This document shows positions 54,628 to 64,000 of a stretch of DNA of 64,000 bases, one piece after another (within the stretch, counting starts at the first letter, position 1; every line of letters begins with the position of its first letter). This DNA is from the human T2T-CHM13v2.0 reference genome, Homo sapiens, in contig CP068257.2 of the NCBI GenBank assembly GCA_009914755.4, positions 14,112,001 to 14,176,000 of the forward strand. The letters are read 5' to 3'. The notes beneath the pieces are model-generated. The model was given only the letters and a program-made list of their open reading frames with translations, did no database searches and was not told where the DNA came from. The position numbers and the translations under genes are program-made.

Positions 54628-55509
54628 GTAGAGTTATACATTTACTTTTTATTGCAAGTGAAGAGAGATTATTATTCATTCATTCGTCTCGATAGTTACT
54701 ATTTTTTTAGTGGACTTTATTTTTAATTTGATATATTCTGTCTAGTAATTTTTGTTGGATTGCTACTGTTATTCACATAAAGCACAGAATTGAATGAAGG
54801 AAAAGGAATGTACAGAGTGCATTATCACATACTAATTAATACTTTATTTTATCCTCATGTTTTTTCCAGTGAGAGGGCTTCCATGATACAATTATGTTGG
54901 AATACAGGGATTAATGGGATGGTTGATAGATCCTTTGAAGATAATATTGGAGTTAAATACTGGGCTTGATATGATGCTCACTTTCTTTTTCATGTTGAAA
55001 GCTGAATTTAGCAACTTAGCATAGTCAGGGTATTATAGAGTTCTCACTTTTTCAGTGATTTTAAATGTAGATATTAGTTTTCAGGAAAAGATTGTACTCT
55101 ATCTTTTGAAAAATCAGTGAAGAGTGATACTACTCCATTTAAGCTAAATACCTGTTTCTTAAAATTTGGCCTAAGTAGTTTCTGTTTGGGTTCCCTAACA
55201 AGGGAGGAGACTCTTTAAATGTAACTTCATGTAATAATATTAGGTCCCAAAGCATAAACTTTTGAAAAATTGTTTTTCTCACATCACCCAATGCATCAAC
55301 TTTTGAAAGTTATCTTTTTCCAGATCAGCTAAAGTGTAAAATTTGAAAAAATGCTTTTTCTTCACGATCTTAAGTAGTGGATTCCCTGAAGTTCTGTTTG
55401 AACGTAGGTGGTTTGGGATTCAGAAAAAGACAATACTAACTCAGATGTTGGCCCTTTAAAAAGTCTTAGTGACATGTTCGTACGTTTTTGTTTGTTTCAA
55501 GTGGTAACA

Positions 55510-55592
55510 ACTTATATATAAGTTGTTTTATATATATATGCACATATATATGAGTTAATATATATAAGTTTATATATATATGTAGAATATTT
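55510..55592. repeat. (TA)n-rich low-complexity tract
   Basis: cttatatataagttgttttatatatatatgcacatatatatgagttaatatatataagtttatatatatatgtag. Confidence 0.8.
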
Positions 55593-55783
55593 TACATAGT
55601 ACATTTACGTTGGGTCATTCATCTTAATCATTCTGATTTTATTTGAAGTAGAACACTATCTGATGCAGCGAGTAGGTCTCATCAGGTCATGACTAGGCAC
55701 TGTTTATAATACCCTGCATGAGCATTTCTACCTGTATTATATTGATTCCTAAAATTGATTGTTATTAAAATATTTAATTTGTT

Positions 55784-56091
<308 letters not shown>

Positions 56092-57320
56092 TCAATCCAG
56101 TGTTGAAGTCTTTGTACTTGGTATTAGTAAGTTGCTTTAGTGATTGTGTTATATAAAGGTGGCCTTAATACGTTTTCACTTGAACTATGTGTTTGCTTCA
56201 GTAAAAGTAATTTATTTCAGAGTACTTTCTTATCACTTTTTACATAGATCTTCCTAATACTTTCTTTCAAACCAATGGTTCTTCATTAGGGATGATTTTT
56301 AGTTTGTTTGCCAAAGTACCCCCACTGCAAAAGTCCCTCAACTTTTTGAGAACTTCTAGTTCATTGTCCCCTCTCAGCCCTTCTCTGTACTTCACTCCTT
56401 CCTTTTTCATCTAAAACCTAAAACTCTCTTTCCCCCCTTCCCTTCTGGCACCCCCTCCCTGTTCTCTAACCTTCATTAAGCTGTTCATCTTTTCTGTGTC
56501 TGTACTGAGTACCTGAAGATTGCTGGCAAAAAGTCACAGAAATGGGCTAACTGTAGTGGATCATGAATTTGAGTGATACTGAGCTTCCGTGCTCCCAATC
56601 CTATAACCCAACTTGTTCTGTGTAATCACCATTCTTTCTCTCATTTACTGCAATAAATATTTTCGTTTTTTCCACTCATTTCAGATCTAACTTATCTCTT
56701 CATTCTCTGAGAAAATCTTTACCTCAGATTTCATAGATTTACTGTCACATTAATGAAACTTAATCACAGGTTTTGCCCAGTCCCCGAATCTAATTTTACA
56801 TTTGTAGTTTTGTATCATATTCTAAAAACACAACATTCCCAAATATATGAGCCTCAGGCTCCATAACCTAGATCTATCACTACCTCTACTATATTTTTAC
56901 CTGCTCCTACATATAATAAAGGAATTACCCAGTTTTATATCAAAAGACTGTTCTTTATACGTGCTCAGAATTCCCTCCCTTCATGCTTTTACTCAGACCT
57001 TACTTCATTCGTTTTTTCTTGGCTTTTGAGCTTCTCCCACTCTTTCTTTCTCATCAATATTTACACATTGTCTGGTATCTCAAACCTTAAAAATTAAAAA
57101 CGTTATCCCCTCCCATACTCTTTTTCAGTTAATACCCTCTCTTGATTCTTATTCAAAATTAAGCCCCTTTAAAGAGAGGAGTTAGTTTCAACTGATTACT
57201 CCCCATTTATTAAACCTAGCCCCAGTTTAGTTTCTGGCTTCAGAACTTGTCTAAAAGGGATCTTGCTAAGGTTATTGATTTTCTACATGTGGTTAAATCC
57301 ATTAGATCCCTTTCAGTTTC

Positions 57321-59799
57321 TGATATAGTTTGGTCATGTCCCAAACCGAATCTCAACTTGATTGTATCTCGCAGAATTCCGTGTGTTGTGGGAGGGACCC
57401 AGGGGGAGGTAATTGAATTATGGGGGCTGGTCTTTCTCGTGCTATTCTTATGATAATGAATAAGTCTCCTGAGACTTATCATTTATTAAAGGCACTTCTT
57501 CCATGGCGGCGACAAGAGAAAATGAGGTAGAAGTAAAAGTGGAAACCCAGGATAAACCCTTGAGATTTATCTGGGGTTTCCACTTTTACTTCTACCTCAT
57601 TTCCTCTTGCTGCTGCCATGTAAGAAGTGCCTTTTGCCTCCTGCCATGATTCTGAGGCCTCCCCAGCCATGTGGAACTGTAAGTCCAATTAAACCTCTTT
57701 TTCTTCCCAGCCTTGCCTATGTCTTTATTAGCAGCTTGAGAATGGACTAATACAGTAAATTGGGTCCGGTAGAGTAGGACGTTGGTGAAAAGATACCTGA
57801 AAATGTGGAAGCAACTTTGGAGATAGGTAACAGGCAGAGGTTGGAACAGTTTGAAGGGCTCAGAAGAAGATAGGAAAATGTGGGAAAGTTTGGAACCTCC
57901 TAGAGATTTGTTGAATGGCTTTGACAAAAATGCTGATAGTGATATGAACAATAAGGTCCAGGCTGAGGTGGTCTCAGATGGAGATGAGGAACTTGTTGGG
58001 AACTGAAGCAAAGGTGACTCTTGTTATGTTTTAGCAAAGAGACTGGTGGCATTTTGCCTCTGCCCTAGAGATTTGTGGAACTTTGAACTTGAGAGAGATG
58101 ATTTAAGATATCGGTGGAAGAAATTTCTAAGCAGCAAAGCATTCAAGAGATGACTTGGGAGCTATTAAAAGCATTCCATTTTGAAAGGGAAACAGAGCAT
58201 AAAAGTTCAGAAAATTTGCAGCCTGATGATCCAGTAGAGCAGAAAACCCCATTTTTTGAGGAGAAATTCAAGTCGTGGCTGCAGAAATTTGTGTTAAGTA
58301 ACAAGGAGCCAAATGTTAATCCCCAAGACAATAGGGAAAATGTCTCCAGGATATGTTATAGGTCTTCCTGGCAGCCCCTCCCATCATAGACCCAGAGAAG
58401 CCTAGGAGGAAAAAATAGTTTCGTGGGCTGCCCGTGGTACTCATGCTGTGTGCAGCCTAGGAACTTGGTGCCCTGTGTCTCAGCTGCTCCAGCTTTTGCT
58501 AGAAGGGGCCAAGGTGTAGCTCGGCCCATTGTTTCAGAGGGTGCAAGCCCCAAACCTTGGCACCTTCCACGTGGTGTTGAGCCTGCGGGTGCACAGAAGT
58601 CAAGAAGTGAGGTTTGGGCACCTCCACCTAGATTTCAGAAGATGTATAGAAATGCCTGGATGTCCAGGCAGAAGTTTGCTACAGAGTTGGGGTCCTCATG
58701 GACAACCTCTGCTAGGGCAGTACGGAAGAGAAATGTGGGGTTGGAGCCCACACAGAGAGTCCCTACTGGGGCACCACCTAGTGGAACTGTGAGAAGAAGG
58801 CCACTGTCCTCCAGACCCCAGAATGTTAGATCCACTGATAGCTTGCATTGTGTACCTGGAAAAGCTGCAGACACTCAACACCAACCCGTGAAAGCAGCCA
58901 GGAGGGAGGCTGTACCTTGCAAAGCCACAGGGGCGGAGCTGCCCAGGACCATGGGAACCTACCTCTTGCATCAGTGTGACCTGGATGTGAGAGCTGGCAT
59001 CCAAGGAGAGCATTTCAGAGCCTTAAAATTTGACTGCCCTGTTGGATTTCAGACTGTAACCCCTTTGTTTTGGCCTGTTTCTCCCATGTGGAATGGCTGT
59101 ATTTACCCAGTACCTGTACTCCAATTGTAACTCTTCTCAGGAAAAAAATCAGTCAGTGTTACAGTTTTTAGGTTCAGGTGAGAATCCTTACATAATCTTA
59201 ATTTTAGTAGCCAAAAGGCCATGTTGAGGATCATTAATTTTCTCCCTTCTTATAGGGAGTAACTAGCTTGCTTTTGATATTACAGGCTTGTAGGCGGAAG
59301 GGACTTAACCTTGTCTTAGATGTGGTTTGGACTGTGGACTTTTGGGTTAATGCTAAAATGAGCTAAGACTTTGGGGGATTGTTGGGAAGACATGATTGGT
59401 TTTGAAATGTGAGGACATGAGATTTGGAGGGGCTAGGGCTGGAATGATGTGGTTCAGCTGTGTCCTGATGTAAATCTCAACTTGAATTATATCTCCCAGA
59501 GTTCCCACATGTTGTGGGAGGGACCCAGGCGGAGGTAACTGAATCATGGTGGGGCAGTCTTTCCTGTGCTATTCTCATGATATTGAATACATCTCATGAG
59601 ATCTAATGAGTTTATCATGGGTTTCCACTTTTGCTTCTTCCTCATCTTCTCTTGCCTCTGCCATGTAAGAAGTGCCTTTTGCCTCCCGCCACGATTCTGA
59701 GGGCTTCCCAGCCATGTGGAACTGTAGTTCCAATTAATCCTCTTTTTCTTCCCAGTTTGGGATGTGTCTTTATCAGCAGCGTGATAATGGACTAATACA
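57321..59799 (+). mobile_element. Full-length MaLR (THE1/MST-class) retroelement: 5' LTR 57321-57754, internal region 57755-59444, 3' LTR 59445-59799
   Basis: Both LTRs start tgatat/tgatgt..gtcc...aatctcaacttga..., carry gtgttgtgggagggaccc and ccatgtaagaagtgccttttgcctcc...ccagccatgtggaactgt...ctttttcttcccag, and end ggactaataca. The 1.69 kb internal region holds a 235-aa ORF (58423..59130). The candidate 5 bp TSD is gtttc / ctttc. Confidence 0.85.
57491..57631. repeat. About 65 bp inverted duplication (fold-back palindrome) inside the 5' LTR of the THE1 element
   Basis: ggcacttcttccatggcggcgacaagagaaaatgaggtagaagtaaaagtggaaaccc-aggataaacccttgagatttatct-ggggtttccacttttacttctacctcatttcctcttgctgctgccatgtaagaagtgcc. 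The arms match with about 6 mismatches. The 3' LTR has only the right arm in one orientation. Confidence 0.85.
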
Positions 59800-60256
59800 C
59801 TTTCCATATTGAATTCTTACCAGTTGTTAATGCTGATGACTCTTAACCTCTTCTTCCTCCTTTTTCCTATTCTTTCCTTAAAAACACATTTCTCTGGCTT
59901 TTGTAACACCATATTCTTGTGGCTTTTTTCCTGCCTCAGTGGGTACTTCTAAGAAAAGTTGTATTTATAGTCTCTTTTTGCATATAAAGGTAGCAGAACC
60001 TTAGGACTTTGTTTAGGCCCATTTCTTCTTCCTGTCCCATCCCCTAGGCATCTCATTCAGTGCCTTAATTTCCTGCTGTCAATAAGCCAGCAATTCTATC
60101 TTTATTCCAGAATGTTAATCTTAGTTACAGATTCATATTCAACTGTCTTCTCAAATTGAAATCTCATGGATCATAATGAACCAGTGATTTCCACTGCTAC
60201 CTCAAAACTAAAGAAAAAAAAAATCCTGTGTTCTTACTTAAGTGGTGCCATTTTCA

Positions 60257-60580
<324 letters not shown>

Positions 60581-60924
60581 CTAGTTGTTCAAAAAAAAAA
60601 AAATAGTAATCATTATCATCATCTAGTTGTTCATGCCAGAATTCTGTTATTCTTGATATTTTCCTTCTTACCTATCTCTTATCCTGCTCAGTCAAGTCCT
60701 GTTGGTGCCCTTCCTTGCATATATGTATAAATGTATATGTATGTAATTTTATCTCTTTTCTGTATTTTTACTTTTAACAACCTTCATCCATGCTACCTTT
60801 ATTTCTGGATAGATTCTGCAATAGTCTTTTAACAGATGACCACCCACTTCACACAGGGACTTTAAAGGTGTTTCAGAGACATAAACCTGAGCCTGTTATT
60901 CTTAGATTTAACCATTCAGTGACT

Positions 60925-61307
60925 GTATTAGTCCATTTACATGCTGCTGATAAAGACATACCCGAGACCGGGCAATTTGCAAAAGAAAGAGGTTTAATGG
61001 ACTCACAGTTTTACATGGCTGGGGAGGCCTAACAATCATGGGCTGGGGAGGCCTAACATGGCAGAAGGTGAAGGGCATGTCTCACTTGGTGGCAGACAAG
61101 AGAAGAGAACAAGAGCCAAGCCAAAGGGGAAACCCCTTATAAAACCATCACATCTCATGAGGCATATTCACTACCACGAGAACGGTATGGGGGAAACCGC
61201 CCCCATGATTGAATTATCTCCTGCTGAATCCCTCCCACAATACAGGAGAATTATGGGAGCTACAATTTAAGATGAGATTTGAGTGGGGACACAGCCAAAC
61301 CGTATCA
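60925..61307 (-). mobile_element. Solo MaLR THE1-class LTR, reverse orientation, with a 5 bp TSD
   Basis: tgtattagtccatttacatgctgctgataaagacatacccgagaccgggcaatttgcaaaagaaagaggtttaatggactcacagttttacatggctggggaggcc ... attatgggagctacaatttaagatgagatttgagtggggacacagccaaaccgtatca is the reverse complement of the THE1 LTR. It is flanked by gtgac on both sides (60920-60924 and 61308-61312). Confidence 0.85.
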
Positions 61308-61985
61308 GTGACTTTGCATTATACCCAGAATGTGGTGGGGAAAAAAATTCTTAATAGGACCACAAGACCTTGTAGATTTTAACTCACTGCCTGACTTTTC
61401 ATTGTAATCTCTCCCTTGGTTCCCCAAGCTACACTAACCTCCTGTTAGTTCCTAAACATATCAACTTCTTTACTGCCTTAAAGTCTTCATCATGCTGTTC
61501 CATGGCCAAGAATACTCTATAGTCCCCCAGCACTCTGGCATGGCTAACTCCCACTCATTATTCAAGTCTGAGCTTAAATGTCCTTTGCCATGGAGGTCTT
61601 CCCTGCTCTCCCCACCACCTCCAAGACTAAGCTCCCATTTTTATACCTCTCACATAATTCTGTCTCATCACAACTTTCTTTTTATAACAATTGTAATATA
61701 ATTATTTGTAATTATTTGTTTATAAATATATGTGAAGTTAATGGGTATAATGTTTTTTAAATGAGGCTGAGAATTTTCTCAGCTCAGGGACCATATCTCT
61801 CTTGTTCACTGCTGTATATATTCCCAGTGTTCAGTACAGTATCTTGCCCTTAGAAAATGCTTCTTGCGAGAAAAAATATACATACATATGTGTGTATATA
61901 ATTACATATATGTGGATGTGTAATATCTATGGCTGGGTATAAATGTACATTTGCACATGTGTATAAACCAACAGGAAAATTAACA

Positions 61986-62114
61986 CTAACACTTCTCAGG
62001 AATGAAATCAGTCAGTGTTACAATTTTCAGGTTCAGGTGAGAATCCTTACGTACTCTTAATTTTAGTAGCCAGAAGGCCATATTGAGTATTATTAATTTT
62101 CTCCCTTCTTATAG
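61986..62114 (+). mobile_element. About 125 bp segment homologous to the THE1 internal region (copy of 59127-59255), ending exactly at the exon 10 acceptor AG
   Basis: Ungapped alignment of 61992-62114 against 59133-59255 gives 113 of 123 identities: cttctcaggaa..aaatcagtcagtgttaca.ttt..aggttcaggtgagaatccttac.ta.tcttaattttagtagcca.aaggccat.ttgag.at.attaattttctcccttcttatag. Confidence 0.75.
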
Positions 62115-62263
62115 GTAAAAAATTTGAAAACACTGAAATGTTTGGTCAGTACCCACTTCAGGTCAATGGGTTCAAAGATCTGCATGAGTGCCTAGAAGCT
62201 GCAATGATTGAAGGAGAAATTGAGTCTTTACATTCAGAGAATTCAGGAAAATCAGGCCAAGAG
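62115..62263 (+). CDS. USP25: USP25 coding exon 10 (completes Gly311, aa 312-360; [49 protein letters not shown]), 149 nt
   Basis: Acceptor ttctcccttcttatAG|GT (AG at 62113-62114). Donor GAG|GTgagt (GT at 62264-62265). The ORF-track entry 62138..62332 covers this exon. The next residues in USP25 (HWFTEL...) must come from an exon downstream of the window. Confidence 0.93.
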
Positions 62264-64000
62264 GTGAGTTTAACATTTTCATTGTCCCCTTTCTTCCCTA
62301 GGTCTTTCTTACAATGCTATAGCACAATGTAAGGTTCTAATTATAGAGCTACCTAATAATTGAGAGAGAATACTCAGAGAGTATGTTTGGATTTAATTGG
62401 TAATTTAGACATTCAGGAGACCTGTCCAGTCAATATGGCCTATAATCTATGTCAAATTCTCACTTAAATAATTTATCTCAGAATTTTAAAATCTTAGGAC
62501 ATTGTTCAGTCTTTTTAGACCTTTCAATCAAGGTACCAGCCATTAGCAGCATGCTAGTTCCTCGATATAAAGAAGAAAAATCCTGATATTACAGTGGATT
62601 TTAAAACAGATATATGCTACTTATATCAACTGTTATTGGAATTTGTCCACGATGCCCAGATTCCTTTTCTTGTAAAATTGCTATGTGATTGCATAAGGTC
62701 AGATGGAAGAACTTCCCTTCTCAAGGAAGAAATCATTTTTATAAAATATTGTTAACTTATATGTCTACCTCAACTAGTTTCTTTCTTTCCAGCCATCTCT
62801 GTTTCTTTATCCATCTCTGTAGCTGCATCTGTGTAGCCATTCATCCATGCATTCATCTGTCAGGGAGTTTTGGCACTGTAATAGTAAGCAAAGGACATAC
62901 GTGCTTCCCCAATCAGTTACTGTTAAGAAATTGCTGATAGTTGTCTAGCTGTTAAACTCCATGAATGTGGCTAGAGGTCTTTATCTGTGTCATTCACTAT
63001 TATATCCCTAGTGGTAATATGGTAACTGCATACATAATACTTATTGAGTGAATGAATGAAATGTCTTGGTGCTTATCAAACAAGTTTCTGAGGTCTTTAT
63101 ACTGAATAGGTGCTTAATAAATATTAAGTGATACGATGTCTCTGTGTTTATCTAAAAGGAGACTTTGTTCTTGTGTTTTTGAGAACAAATTGCTTTTGTC
63201 TAAATTTTAATTTTTTTTTCTTAAAGATGCAGTTAACCCTTTCCTGTTTCAAGTGCATACTCATTTTTTTCCTCTTCCCCCCCACATACATAAACAAACA
63301 AAAATATGCTTTTCCTGTTAAGAGGAAGAGATGTATTTGAAATAGTCTTTCTCTCTACATCGTAGATCATCTATTTCAGTGATTCTCAATAGAGAATAGC
63401 CAGACTTCAAAGTTATCCAGGCAGGGTCTACGATAGGGATGTGGTATATGGACACAAGAGCTGCACAAGTAATTCTGATAAAAACCTCTAAATAAGAATG
63501 TTTAAATTCAGCTTATTTTATTGATTGGGAAACAGATCTCTTAAGAGTGGGACTTTACCAGTATCCCACAATGGAATAAGAAAGCAGACTCTTAAAATCC
63601 GATCTGTTTGCTGTTAAATGAAAGGATGATTGGGGTAGTAAGGCAGGGATGGTACTTGTTTTTATATTATCAGAGTAGCTGAAATACACTATGGTTTATT
63701 GGTAATCTTTCTCACATATTCCCAGCTTTTAAAAATTTTTATTGTACACAGAATTGAAATTTTATTGTTTATTTAAAATATCTTAGATTTGTCCTCCATC
63801 TTTTTATTGGTTTTATACTCTGAATGCCCCTATGTTGCAATATAAATGTTCTGCCTAGGTTTTTTCATCTAGCCTAGGGAATATAATGATTTATGATGGT
63901 TCTCTATTTTAGCAGTTTCTAATCTCCACTACTGTGGCAAATTTGATTGCCTGTGATTCCTGCTACCATTTTTCTAGATTTGCTGGAGGCTATAGTTTCA

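Noticed and set aside
58423-59130. The longest ORF in the window (235 aa, + strand), considered as a possible novel protein-coding gene
   Set aside because: It lies wholly inside the internal region of a full-length THE1-class MaLR retroelement, bounded by its LTRs, and its composition is low-complexity and Arg/Pro/Ser-rich. I see no intron-exon support, start context or conservation, so I treat it as a decayed retroelement ORF.

Overview
This window is human nuclear DNA, not a prokaryotic locus. There is one coding strand (+), GT..AG introns, and the sequence is AT-rich, CpG-depleted and full of primate repeats. I found no prokaryotic operon, CRISPR array or defence system. The window holds coding exons 2 through 10 of USP25, ubiquitin-specific peptidase 25 on chr21q21.1. 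I recognised the gene because the spliced exons reproduce the USP25 N-terminus from His16 to Glu360 without a single frame break: [26 protein letters not shown] / [19 protein letters not shown]... / [24 protein letters not shown]... / ...[16 protein letters not shown] / [12 protein letters not shown]... / [15 protein letters not shown]... / [15 protein letters not shown]... / [25 protein letters not shown] / [49 protein letters not shown]. Exon 1 (Met1 to Lys15 plus the promoter) lies upstream of the window. Coding sequence is 1035 nt, about 1.6% of the window. The introns carry a 5'-UTR+ORF1+partial-ORF2 L1 with two nested Alus, three further L1 fragments, several Alu and MIR copies, and a cluster of MaLR/THE1-class LTR elements. 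That cluster includes one full-length 2.5 kb element in intron 9 and an inverted LTR pair in intron 1. The six-frame ORF track is largely uninformative here: introns break the gene, and the long ORFs fall in retroelements. The most interesting observation is the 123 bp directly upstream of exon 10, ending at the acceptor AG. It is an ungapped copy, about 92% identical, of a segment inside the THE1 internal region 2.9 kb upstream, and the homology stops exactly at the exon boundary. Other points worth a second look are a fold-back palindrome inside the 5' LTR of the full-length THE1, a head-to-head LTR pair, a 2 x 105 bp tandem duplication, a 31-35 bp minisatellite, unusual poly-C tracts, and an unclassified CpG-retaining 0.6 kb block abutting a 3'-truncated L1.
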